NCBI GenBank assembly: GCA_032718475.1
Contig: JAUCBJ010002721.1
Span: 1-64,000, forward strand
Direction of reading: 5' to 3'
Origin: Nemertoderma westbladi
Taxonomy: Eukaryota; Animalia; Xenacoelomorpha
DNA length: 64,000 bases
Positions 51,880 to 64,000 of this stretch are shown one piece after another. Both the position numbers and the translations under genes were made by a program. Every line of letters starts with the position of its first letter. Position 1 is the first letter of the stretch. Under the pieces are notes generated by a model. It searched no databases. It saw only the letters and a list, made by a program, of their open reading frames with translations, and was not told the origin of the DNA.

Positions 51880-52090
51880 CCTATTTCCAGTGCGGTCCCT
51901 CCATAACTATATTTTCCCTACGAAACTCCAGCATTCATTTAGCAAGGCAGATGATGCAAGGCAGAGATGCGCCCTGGCTGGTCACTTTAGAGCATTCATA
52001 CCTAAATGAAAATTGCCCTGGCACCCATGCGGGATCGAACCCACGACCTCATGAGAGAGGTGAATTTAAGGCAACGGATTTAGCCAATTC
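51880..52090 (-). mobile_element. tRNA-derived SINE, family 2
   Basis: B box gggttcgatccc on the - strand; shares gggaccgcactg and gggcgcatctctg with 56190-56360 (+); gggaccgcactg is also at 48865-48970. Confidence 0.55.
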
Positions 52091-52246
52091 CCAATTGATC
52101 AATATTGAGTAATCCCATCCCTCTTGGAATAGATTATTTAATCTATTCCAAGGCAAGGAGGGATGGGATTAGTAAGGTAATGTTAAGGGAACAAGGCTGT
52201 ATATAAAGGGAAAGAGACAACAGATGAAACATTAAGAGTTACTAAC

Positions 52247-52388
52247 CAGCAGTAGAGAGTTTCTTCGTGACATTGTACTGTCTTAAACTTTCCTTCTGAT
52301 GTACATTGTGGAATAAATGTTTCCGTTTCCGGAAAGTCTTTCTTCGTATTGAGTTGGCGTTCGCGTTCTTCTAAGCAATTCAATGGCT
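52247..52388 (-). CDS. SMOC: SMOC exon, thyroglobulin type-1 domain 2
   Basis: CLEER...FIPQCTSEGKFKTVQCH..YCW. Confidence 0.92.
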
Positions 52389-52509
52389 CTGCAATAATGT
52401 GTTCGAATTTTAAGTTACGGTTACGTCTATAACAATGCAACCTATTGCATTGCATTAATTATAAACTGTAAAGTGTTGTATTATTATACACAATTATACA
52501 CAAATCCCA

Positions 52510-52716
52510 TCTTGGCGAATTAATATCCCGCCTCAATGTAAATTCTCAATTTAGGGAAAGGAGCATGTTACAGTGGCACGTTATTTTAACCAAAACAATA
52601 AACTAAACAATAGAACAGGTTACAGTTTTATCTTTGAGAGTAATCAGCTGTTATTTGCGTCGAATTCCCCTGGAGAGGGATTAATTTTTATTGCGTCCAG
52701 TTTCCCCGACCATCTG
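52510..52716. repeat. Interspersed repeat, also at 60018-60222
   Basis: Near-identical ~200-bp copies; the core is the reverse complement of the Mutator-MITE interior. Confidence 0.75.
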
Positions 52717-55071
52717 GCAAATAAGCAAGCAAACAGTCGGCCGAAGCCGGAGGCGACCCGAAGGCTCCTCTTTCGATAGCTGCTACCCGAGGGTAGGGGT
52801 GGGCGCTATTCCTATCCCAAGCAAGATTTGCTCCCAGTTATTTAACTGGTACTCATGTACATCTGGCAAATAGTTGCTACAAAATATAACAAATTTGAAT
52901 TTAGAAGTTTAATGATAAAAAATGAGAGCTATGTTTTAGGTGAGTTTCTTTATTTTTACAAAATACCATAGTAACAGATAGATGCAGCTTACCTCCGACC
53001 ACAATTGGTCTAGCTGATACACCGTTCTCGCCCAATAAGGAGTTATCAGTAGTAGGTCGGATAGCAGACTGACCCCACCCCCTTTCTTCTCGTATAGAAT
53101 CTGTAGTTGCTGTAATAAATAGTATATTATGTTAAAATTTACCGATTTCAATAACTCAAACATTAAACTTCATACCATACATACATTTTTTCGAGCTGTC
53201 TGCCAATTAATATTATTCCGATACTAATATTAATCAGCTGTTATTATTGTACTGTTACTACCGCACAGTTTAGAGCTCTCACTTGGGGATTTTACTTTGA
53301 ATAACCGCAATTAGGTAGAACATTGTCAAACTAAATCAAACAAAATGAAATCGAATTACCAGAATTGTTACTCTCAATGCCTTGAACAATAGTAGGAATT
53401 ACTTGCGCTTCGCATAGGTTATTAATATTAATGTTGACTTCCCATTGCACACGACAGTACAATATGAACTCATGGGTTGTATATTCAATTAATTACCACA
53501 TAACGTGAACAATAGTGCAAGGAGGTTTGGTCACCTTAACTCAGTGTGTTCATTCATACATTGTAAGTAAAATCAACAACGTCAGAATACAATACTCAAA
53601 AGAAATAATCAATTTATTAGCTTTTATAAATGTAAGTTTCGTGTCACGAAAGTTAAATATTATTAACGACTCGGTATTATTCGCATGGGAGTCTCGGTTT
53701 AGGAATATCCGACAATAATAATGATGCAATATCAGCTTTATATCTGTTTAAAATATATTTGGAATAACAACATAAACAAAAGCAGATGAAAAGGTTTCAT
53801 ATAAAAATACATAAAATCATAAATAAAAGATTAGATATGGAACTGAATGATAAACTGAACCCAGAAGGATTTGGTTGAAAGAAATTGGGGCAGATTGCAG
53901 AAGTTCATAAGAGAGAGAGAGTAGAGTAGATAGGTGAACTAGTTAGTTTAGGAGAATGATAAAAATCGATAACTAATCAAATAGTATACAATAGCTCTGA
54001 GATAAGGTGGAGTTGGATTAGTTCGATATCGTAGTATTGCCATATACTGTAGGCCTACTAACAGTTTATACACAGCCGAGCATAGCCCTAACTAATAATA
54101 TACAATATCAGTAAGCTGCTGTCTGTTGCACACTTAAAGGAAAATATTATTATATAGTTTTCTATAAAACTTGTTCGTTTTCATTCATGTAGCACTCTCT
54201 AAACCAACAATGAATAGATATACTTCACTAAACACACACAATATTGTAATCCTACAATTTATTCAAGTACAGTAAAGCAAAGTGTTGATCTATAAACTAA
54301 TATCAGAAAGTATTTGAGTTATTTTTGTCATATATCGGTATTCTACTGTATATCCATCCACACACACACCCATTACTTTACACAAAATATACTGAGGTTC
54401 CTCTATAAGTTCACCCAGTTTCGATGTAGGCCTACAGTATAAAAATTAATGTATATTGAGACATCAGTAAAGTCATTAGCTGTTAATTAAAAGTTTATGT
54501 TAGTGATAATTAAGAAATATTAAAAAAATTACATCAGTCCAAGAAAATCACACAGTATAAATTGATTCTGACTCTTCGCCTTTGCCTATGCAATTTTTTT
54601 TTGCGCCAAACCCTTTTTCGCAGGAAGTCAGCCTCCCTGTAGTACAAATACATAGGTTTACAGTATAATGTTCCAATTTAGGTATAAATTATATCGAGCA
54701 TAAATAGAAATGTATGAAAAACCGTCAGAGTGATTAAGCAGGAAATATGTATCTCGAGATGTGAACAAACCAGGAGGGGTATTGAGGATGACTCCGGGAT
54801 TGGTGAATGCTGAAATATAATTATTGAATATAATAATTAGCAGTAATAAACAAAAAGTTATACGCATTTTCTTGCGACACTAATAAAATACATTTATTAG
54901 CTAGTATTTTGCCTAGGCCTTTGTACAGTAAATTAATTATCCGTGGTTACACGGATAAGCTTTCGAAAAAGATCTGAATAGTGTTCGAATAAGTAACCAA
55001 TCATTCCCATATGGCATTACTAATTAATTCATCTGTTCAGCTTATTACTATGTAACAGTTCATGGTTCATA

Positions 55072-55585
55072 TAACCAGACAGAACAACCATTCCCAGCAC
55101 TAACCGACACCCAGACAGAGCAACCATTCCCCAATACTAACCGACACCCAGACTTAGCATCAACCATTCCACAACACTAACCGACACACAGACAGAGCAA
55201 CCATTCCCCAACTCTAACCGACACCCAGACAGAGCAACCATTCCCCAATACTAACCGACACCCAGACTTAGCATCAACCATTCCACAACACTAACCGACA
55301 CACAGACAGAGCAACCATTCCCCAACTCTAACCGACACCCAGACAGAGCAACCATTCCCCAACACTAACCGACACCCAGACAGAGCAACCATTCCCCAAT
55401 ACTAACCGACACCCAGACAAAGCAACCATTCCCCAACACTAACCGACACCCAGACAGAGCAACCATTCCCCAATACTAACGGATACCCAGACTTAGCATC
55501 AACCATTCCCCAACACTAACCGACACCCAGACAGAGCAACCATTCCACAACACTAACCGACACCCAGACAGAGCAACCATTCCCC
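55072..55585. repeat. 37/41-bp repeat built from the SMOC exon end plus donor, about 13 copies
   Basis: The - strand unit is ggaatggttgctctgtctgggtgtcg|gttagt(g/a)ttg. Confidence 0.92.
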
Positions 55586-55902
55586 TTGCGACACGAAGTT
55601 GTCCCTATCGAAGTCGCAATCGTTAGTAAACTCCTTGGCGCACTTCCGTGGCCGCGCGGCCTTCTTCATTAGTCTCCGTATGGTCCGGAGCTCCGCCTTG
55701 TTCAAGAAGGACTCCCCGTTGAGATCGAGTTGCTCGAACTTCCAGGCCGCCACGTCTCTGCTTGAAACAACCGGTGAGCTCGGATGCTGTGGGTGCTGCC
55801 GGATATAGTCGAGTCGGAACATGTTGATAACGTTGGTTCGGAATCTCGCGCGTTCCGGGGCGTTGCACTGGTTCCGGCTGGTTCGCGAAGGCAGTTTCTC
55901 TT
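55558..55902 (-). CDS. SMOC: SMOC exon, first EF-hand (EC) domain
   Basis: C...F...WKFEQLDLNGESFLNKAE...PRKCAKEFTNDCDFDRDNFVSQGEWLLCL. Confidence 0.92.
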
Positions 55903-57741
55903 CTAAAAATGACGTTTTAAGTTAAGAAATTTTAAGGTTAAGTGGAAGTTAATTTTATAAAAAAAAAACATATAATTGAGTCACCAAGCATGGGATAGAT
56001 AAATTTTAGCCATCTTCGGCCATTGTGTTCTTTCTGTGTTTTACTGTAAAGTTAAATAAACTTAAATTCGTAATCATTATTCCCGAGTACATAAATCATT
56101 TATATTTTAATTTGGTATCCATTATTTATTACACATTCACACGGAAAACGGCTCAATCACAAAAGTTTAAATTCGTTGACTTCAATTCACATCACTCAGG
56201 AGGTCGTGGGTTCGATCCCACCAAGAAGGGCGCATCTCTGACTCTGCCATATTGTATCCCCAAATAGTAGGTACTGTAAATGAGTACTATAGTTTCCCCT
56301 GGGGACCGCACTGAAAGTAAGTAGTCTGATTTTATGTGTACCGGTAAATCCCTGGTCTGTTGTTAATCTTTCAATGAGGCTTCATGTTTTTTGTTTAATG
56401 GAGTCAGATATACGATTATGGGGTGAAATAGGCCCTGCATCGGACAGATAAGAATTATTGATTCCTTTTCCTACGCTGCGTTATTCTAAGGTTTCCCCTC
56501 CCCTTTGCAGGTATAACGATTTTATCGAGTGTATCTGTTTTCCGGAGAGGTATGGAAGTGCATGTTGGACTGATTTCGCAGCTGCATATTATCGTTATTG
56601 TATGGTCTCTCCCCGGTGCGCTATTGTTTAATTAATGCTAGGAGCGAGGCTGAACGGAAATGGGACGATGGATTTACATCCTTAATAAATATTGCGTATT
56701 GATTATACTGTATAAGCATTATGCACTATGCAGTACACCTTTATCATATACGTCTTAACATCTCTATTGGATCAATCTCTATTGAACTAAGAAGCAGTGA
56801 ATATCGAACACATTCGTATCTGAATAAAAGACGTAATGCGTCGTAGAAAAATTATAAATAATTAATGAAGTTCAAGTAAAGTAAACATGTTGAAAGTTAA
56901 TGGAGGAAAGTTACTTTCATAGGTCATCGTTCTTATGTTATTTGAATATTGCTTTAATTAAGAATAGTGTGTAGTGCATAAAATCTTGAAAATTTGTTTG
57001 GAGTTAGAAAGTGTGGGAAAGGCAGAAAGAAGGGAGCGATTTTTATACATCCTGTATAGGCCAGGCGTACTGGGTACTGACGTTATGACACTGGGTAATA
57101 AAGCCTTTTGCTTATGTTGTGGCTTGGCCCACAATCAGCAGTTTTTTATTTGTAAATAAATTGCAATAAGTTGTGGTGTTACAGTGTTAGCCGGCAGAAG
57201 TAAGTCTGGTGTAAAAAGTACTACCGGTAGGCCTACTGGTCACAGGGTCAATGTCAATCCTCAGAATCTTAGGCTGTGAGGTGTGTCGTTCAGCCGGTAC
57301 AGGTACCGGTGCATTTGTACCTTAGGCCTATGGCAGTATGGTAGGTACCGTGCGGCTGCGGAGTTTTCTAGTGTTTCTGATTTCACTTGCCATGCTTGCC
57401 GATCGGACAGCGCAGTGGTACCGACTACCATATGGCAGCACTGATAGGCAAGCAGCCATCGTTGCCATTGGTGCATCCTAGTGGTTGTGGCCCTAAATAT
57501 CTATTTATGTATGAAGGCCTACTGTACAGTGGTATAGTACAGTAGTAGGCCTAGGCTGCTAGGCAGCTAGGCGCTAGGCCCTACAGTAACATTGATATCC
57601 ATTTAGCCATCATTAATACAAGTTACAGCCATCAACTCAAATCAGCATGTACTTCTTCAAGCAGTCTTGTCGTAATTGATTTTTGATTACCATATTATTG
57701 TGTGTCGGGACCAGACCACACAGACAATTCGATTTATGTAA

Positions 57742-58251
57742 ATGACGTTGGACGACATTGCCGCTCCAGACTTATATCGCGACACTGTTATCCGATACCT
57801 AGGCTACTCCAATGAGGTCGGGGAGTCATTCCGCCCTTTAGTTAATGTGCGACTGGTACATTTCAGCTACCTAGTAGCTAGTGGGTATGTACTGGCTGAT
57901 GCTGCAGATAAAGCCACCAAGGCTGCTACCAATATAAAGCACTCGGATAGCTCAAACAGTTCAGATATATGGATGCGGCCTGTTGTAGCGTTTTCTGATA
58001 CTCTTTTATGGCAGGGTATGGCGTCTGTAGTAATACCGGGTTTTACTATCAACCGTATCTGCGCTTTGACGACTTTGTTCCTCTGTAAACTCTCCAAACT
58101 TCATTCTCCGTCGCCTGCAGTGAAATGGAACACGACTGCTGTTGGGCTCTTGGCCATTCCGTTTATAATTAAACCTATAGACAACTTAGTTGATTGCATA
58201 CTCAATAATTATATAAGGAAGTTCTACCCATTTAGTTGTAAACCGACCTAA
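57742..58251 (+). CDS. MTFP1: Mitochondrial fission process protein 1 (MTP18), intronless, nested antisense in a SMOC intron
   Basis: DLYRDT.IRYLGYSNEVGESFR, SY.VA..YVLADA.DK, DTLLWQGMASVVIPGFTINR, IPFIIKPID. Confidence 0.95.
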   Translation: MTLDDIAAPDLYRDTVIRYLGYSNEVGESFRPLVNVRLVHFSYLVASGYVLADAADKATKAATNIKHSDSSNSSDIWMRPVVAFSDTLLWQGMASVVIPGFTINRICALTTLFLCKLSKLHSPSPAVKWNTTAVGLLAIPFIIKPIDNLVDCILNNYIRKFYPFSCKPT

Positions 58252-59394
58252 CTCATATTTATGCAGTAATAATTCAATACATTTACTAATACAGATAATT
58301 GTTTCTAGCGAACAATTTTATTATTTTTAGATTGTTTTATTTCACTTAATTTTTCACTTTTATATATTATTAGTTCTGTATATTTCTCACATTAGTCTTT
58401 CGTCTTCATAGTTTAGTCTTCAATAATTAATTGGTCTTTTAATATAATATGTGCTACAATAGTATTATTATAAATATGTAGAATATAATATGGTTTAGTA
58501 TTAGTATTTAAATATGTAGAATATAATATGGTTTAGTATTAGTATTTAAATATGTAGAATATATATATAATAACATGTGTTATTATTAGTAATTATTATG
58601 TAATATATAAATATATAATATGCTTATAAACAAAATTGATGTGACAGTAAAATGTATTTTGTTGTCGTTTCCACATCGATATTGTCGATTTATGAATTGC
58701 GATTATTGGAAATCCTTCCCTTTCCTTACATTGGATTTTTATATTGGTTTTTTAAACTAGTTCAGATGGGGTTGGCAAGAACTTTAGTTCTTTTGAGTAA
58801 CTGGTTTAACCTTGATATTAATTTCTATTATTCATATTATATTCTATAACAAAAGCTTATCCACAAAATTCTCGAATTATATTGGGAGTTGTTAATTTCT
58901 GACAGTGAACAAGCACTCTATTATTTGCTCCTAAGGCGGGTTTATTGTTGGTCACTCCCTAGGTGTCCGTCGACACGGCATATTTGTTATTAAAAGGTGG
59001 CGACTCTGCGTCACTTCCAAGGTCGCGTCACTGCCCTTAATAAACGATACGCCCTTATAATATAATACATGTATGTACTTAGATTAATATGCAGGTTTGG
59101 TAACAAGTTAATGTAATGGTTCGTCGCCTATGCATTGTATCATAGTGGCTTATCTATACCCGCCCACTAAAATACTTAATACTTAAAGTATTAACATGGA
59201 GGTAATCTTTCCTTGGCTGTTAGCTGAAATGCACGGATTTCGTCACACACACACCCAAGGTTGAACAACATTCGTAACTTTTATACAGTCTTGAGTCTTT
59301 AATTCCCCAGCAGAACCCCAAGACCATATCGCCCGGTGACCTGCCCCAACTACCAATTTATTATTATTTTGTTCCTACTAAATAACTAACTAAC

Positions 59395-59598
59395 CTGTGG
59401 AGCACTTTGGTGTGGTTCCTTTGACACTGGATCCAGCCACTGGTTTACCGTTCTCGTTTGCGCACCAGCAGTACTGTATGTGGCATTGTACTGGGTTGTA
59501 TGAACCGTCGGCTTTGCACTCGGGTAGGTAGGCCCGTTTACCGGTATCTCTTGCGAATGTCTGGGCCGATGTCCGTTGGATCTGACACTTACTTAGAG
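59395..59598 (-). CDS. SMOC: SMOC exon, thyroglobulin type-1 domain 1
   Basis: C..QR...YLPECKADGSYNPVQCH..YCWCANENGKPV.GS. Confidence 0.93.
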
Positions 59599-60017
59599 CT
59601 GCAATGGAACATGTAGTCATTTAGTATTTATCTCATGGCTAATAAAGTAATACTTTATAGGGTAACAGTAAGTTTGCTATAAACTAACCAGAACGAAGCT
59701 AAGCCAATTGGTGAATATGTTTTACTTTTTTATGGCCGTGTTGTACGAAATTTTATTTCATAAGCAGAAACGCGTATTTATTTTAGTCAACCGCCTTTCA
59801 ATATTAAATATTATTGCATCTTTGCGTTAATTCAGTTACAGAAGACAATACGAAATCCTATTTTGGTACTTTCTATAGAAATATTTGTACTTCGATACAG
59901 TTCCATTAGTTCCATTACAGTTACATTCGATTCATTTCATTGGAAGTTAGAAACAATTATTGAGACAGGGGACAGGGGGGGGGGGGGGGGGGGGGGGGGG
60001 GTCTCGACGCAAAACCA

Positions 60018-60222
60018 GCCTTGGTGAATTAATATCCCGCCTCAATGTTAAATTCTCAATTTAGGGAAAGGAGCAGGTTACAGTGGCACGTTATTTTAAC
60101 CAAAACAATAAACTAAACACAATAGAACAGGTTACAGTTTTATTTGTGAGAGTAATCAGCTGTTATTTGCGTTATTGCGAGAGGGATGCATTTTCATTGC
60201 GTCCAGTTTCCCCCCTATCTGG
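60018..60222. repeat. Interspersed repeat, copy of 52510-52716
   Basis: Direct sequence match. Confidence 0.75.
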
Positions 60223-60490
60223 AACAATTAATTTTCGTTTACTTAAAAATTAAATACAGTATAATAATTAAATATTATTATTATTTAAAAATAATATTTG
60301 ATAATAATATTTGAATATTTTTATTATGATAATATTATTTGATGTTATAATATCCTGTCTCCTTTTATTAAAACAAATCGAAGTAAAGTTATATTAAAAT
60401 AATTTATTCAATTAAAATGTATCGATGATGAATTGTAGTATATGTTTACGTACTTTTACTGTTAGTTTAAGAGGGATGCAGATGACTTAC

Positions 60491-60662
60491 ATGGGCCGGA
60501 AGTTGGACAGACTCCAGTGGATCGGAAGTGTAGCGTTGGGTTGTCCAGACATTTCTCCCGTTTGAGTTCGCACTTATTGGCGTAGGTCTGTCCGTCTGAA
60601 CCACAGACTGGCCTGTATCTACGGTTCTCACAACCTCGGTCTCGGTTACAATCATCTTCTGC
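60491..60662 (-). CDS. SMOC: SMOC exon, Kazal/follistatin domain
   Basis: C...C....RPVCGSDGQTYANKCELKREKC; cag acceptor and gtaagt donor; the signal-peptide exon was not located. Confidence 0.92.
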
Positions 60663-60802
60663 CTGCAGTAATATAAAGGACAAAGTTTGTAAATAATGCA
60701 CCCCCTCCCCTATCTTACCTCTAAAGAAAATGGTGACTCTCACTGAGTTTGTAAAATAATATTATAATTTTCGCGCGATTTGTTACGTTTTGCATTAGGA
60801 GA

Positions 60803-61110
60803 TTATTTCCGCCGTGAGGACCAGCCAGTGCACAATCTTGTGCTTTGACAGCCCCGATGGAGAAAATAAGCATGGTGGGCAGCCCATGACTTTCGTGAGA
60901 CGCCTCCTAAAGGACACTGGCCTTGAAGATGCGAGTAATCTCGCGAAAGTCATGGGGGTTAGGGAGTTGTCGCGAGCAATTTTTTCGATAATCCTGTATG
61001 ATATTCTTAATGCATGCTGCATTGGATAATGTCCATTGTGGATTGCATGGTGCAGCACAGATTTATTGTTAAGCAAGGACATCTCAATGTGCAGCCGCAA
61101 TGCAGCAGAC
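60803..61110 (+). mobile_element. 3' fragment of RTE family 2
   Basis: Nucleotide match to 20900-21130 (ccgtgaggaccagcc...aaggacactggccttgaagatgc). Confidence 0.8.
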
Positions 61111-64000
61111 CAATTATTATAGAATGTATTTTTTCACTGGATTGATATAAACATTTTCTAGTCGTCTAGAGTCCAGCCAGCCCTATAGCCACATAATTAC
61201 GATTCATTGCCGGCCCTCTCTCAAAGCAACAGCTCCGTAGTTCGCGATCAGCCATATACCTACCCAATTCAGCTGCATTATAAAGACCTGTGTGGTTTAG
61301 CAGATGTTTCCGGAATGATAATATTAGACCGCCATGTTCCTTCTCGCCTTCTGATTACCAAAGAACTAAATCATGTACAGGGTGATCAGTTCTACATTAG
61401 CAGTAACTGGCGAGACTCATCCGTTGTGCATGAAGGGTGCTGCTCGGTTTTGTCAATTCTCGTCAACTACCCAAAAATGTATAGGCGCCTCGTATTTCTA
61501 ATTATGATTGTATTTTATGCAATAAACCCTATTCAGCTTCCTGTTGTATGTACCATCTATGAATATGGTGACTTCTCTAGTAAGATCCCAGCAGGGGCTG
61601 TCGTATAGCAGTAAAGTTGCTGTCAGAATAAATGTATCTTCATAGAAGGCATGATTTACATACCCTTCAACCGTTTGGTCAGGTTTGAATCTTTCTAACG
61701 GCTGTACTTTATCCTATTTTGCATACCAACCTTACTTTACTTTAGATGGTACGGAAATAATTAATAATTGAGCCGATTGTGGTTCCAGGAATCATTAATG
61801 GCGTCCATTGTTACAGACAAATATCGATTGAAAGGAATTTCAGACATGGATTTGCAAATGGGGCGTTTGTAAGGTGATATTATTCGCGCGTTTCAAATAT
61901 TTCCGATGAATGCAGGGCATTGTAAAGCGAAATTATTAATTATGGAATGAGATTGCCAGGCCCATTAATGTAGTGGATAAAGGGGTTCTATATAAAGTGC
62001 CTCACTTTAGCTTATAGATCGTGGACTTTAGATTGGGAGTTTCACCACCACACCGCATACATAGGCGTAAATATCACGGCTAGCTGCTAATATTGCACTT
62101 GAACTGAAAGAGCGTCACAATGATGGATTCTGGGCCCCACAATATGGAGTGTTAGCCCGACAAAGAACCCATTACTCTGAGAGGGTCTCTAGTACTATAT
62201 ACCCTTTGATGGTTCATTCAATAACTTAAGTTGAGGAAGAGGGCACTTGTCGCAAAAACGATTAATCGGTTCTTTGTTCTCAAGAGGAATGCTCTGAGAT
62301 TAAAGAAGGCCTAGATGTTGGTTACCTTGGCTGACTGGGGAACTTTACTGTGTGTGTGGGGCCACTCCTCTATACAGAGTGCGAATTTGATTAACGGGCA
62401 TGCTGACTGCTGAGTATAGAGGTCTACTTATTGCAGTACTCCGTAGTCATGAATTCCGCTTAAACTACTGAAACCAAGAATAACAGTTGTTGTCACTCGT
62501 GATCTGGTTTCGTAATACAGTAGGTTGTCCTTGTTGAGGAAAACGGTTTAGTTGATAATGTTTTTGTTTTATAACGAATTTTTTTTTTGTTACCTACGAT
62601 GACATATGTTTTAAATTGGCAAACTTTCTAGGTGCTGCCTGTAGCTGTAAGTAATTTAATGATCCCTTGAATCTGGTTTGGTATAGTCGATGGCCAGGCC
62701 ATGCCTCCCTTTTTACCAATCCACTCGCGCCCAGACGAATACAGAACCTCTCGCTACTATTTATTACACGTAGAGGAGATAAACCATTGAATAATTTAGT
62801 TTCCACCTACTTTCCTACCTCCATCACGTCCAACTGACAAGGTTACTTAGCAGAAGACAGTTGGACGTGCAATATGATATTTGTAATCATAGCAGTTTAT
62901 CTCATAATTAGCCATTTGGAAAGATAATGCAGCGCCTTAACTCTAGACGTCATACCATATGTCACCCGGAATGTTTGTTGGCTATTATAAATTGGCACTT
63001 GAACGAAATATCTTCAAACATTTCCACTACCTGATGTCCAGAGTATATAATTTAATGATGAACCAAAATGTTCCAATAGTATAGGGATTTTGGATGAAGC
63101 ATGTTCCGTTAAGCTGTTTACTCTACGGAACTACCTTCATGCCACACAGCTGTAATCGGAACCAGGCTTCTCTGGTGGGGAGCAAAATTGGTTGGATTGT
63201 GTTAGTGTGGCACCCTTCCTAACTGACAACAGGCAACTAACAAGAGAGAGGAACATTCGGGTTGACCAGAATAGCAAATCAGATTATTTTAAATGAATAT
63301 TATTTGGGTACTAACTTAGCATTGTTCCGCTTCACAAACCAGAAAAATAACAATTAGTTAGATTTAATTAGCACTTACGTGATCACACCACACTGGAGCT
63401 TAAAATTAATTGTGGTGTACGTTTTAGCGCTCAAATTACATGTACATAACAGCCGAATCAATTTTGGTTATATTAATTAGTTATATATTTATGGAAATAA
63501 AGTTCCGTAAATCAGTAAAGTTCGTCTTACAAAGTACCAATTGATAAACACTCAGCCAGGGTGTCCTGTCAATAAATGTACACCTTTGATACAAGTCTGG
63601 CCTTCCCTTCACCCTATCTGCAATTAACTCACCTTATCTTCTTTGATTTGGCTATCCAATTCCTCCCTTAATGTAGGTAAAAGCAACATTATTTATGTCT
63701 ATCTTACTTGTCAACGGTTTTTATAATTATCAACATAATTTACATGACATTTGGTTGATAAAGAACTTCAATTGCAATCTATTTAAATGTTACTATATTT
63801 TTCGAACATTTAAGAGAAAAACATGCAATTTATAACAAATCCATCAAATTAATTAATGGATGGGACTGCTAAAGGGATTTTACTTCAACAGATACAAGAC
63901 ATCACTTTACGTAGAGTTTGCTTGGACTTATTCCTATTGTATTGTACGGCTATTATTTATAGTGCCTCCATGTTTAGAGAGATTTATAAGGGGCCCAAAT

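Noticed and set aside
52110-52171. Small hairpin (aatcccatccctc...gagggatgggatt)
   Set aside because: Short and imperfect; probably a MITE remnant with no evidence of function
61110-64000. SMOC first exon or a decayed retroelement
   Set aside because: Neither a signal-peptide exon nor convincing RT motifs could be identified by eye

Overview
Eukaryotic (invertebrate metazoan-like) genomic DNA with GT-AG introns. Four host genes are recognisable. (1) PPP4R4 (+): 12 coding exons traced from 5442 to a stop at 46011, with consistent splice phases; its 5' exons lie before the window. (2) A convergent SMOC gene (-): 7 exons, 60662 to 49487, Kazal-TY-EC-TY-EC. (3) An intronless Taspase-1 nested antisense in a PPP4R4 intron. 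(4) An intronless MTFP1 nested antisense in a SMOC intron. The introns hold many mobile elements: a non-autonomous hAT containing a near-intact RTE LINE, a second RTE interrupted by a 12-kb BEL/Pao LTR retrotransposon, other LINE remnants, a piggyBac MITE, Mutator-like MITEs, a foldback element, SINEs, and more than 15 minisatellites. The main signals are: (a) the BEL/Pao element has an extra ORF in the env position that resembles a DEDDy (WRN/EXD/Mut-7-like) 3'-5' exonuclease with altered catalytic motifs; (b) several minisatellites are built from copies of real splice junctions or carry RNA-processing motifs on the sense strand (about 118 TACTAAC-AG, about 19 AATAAA); (c) the Taspase-1 has E|T instead of D|T at the autocleavage site and a ~25-copy heptapeptide insertion. 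Family assignments come from motif recognition by eye, not from database searches.
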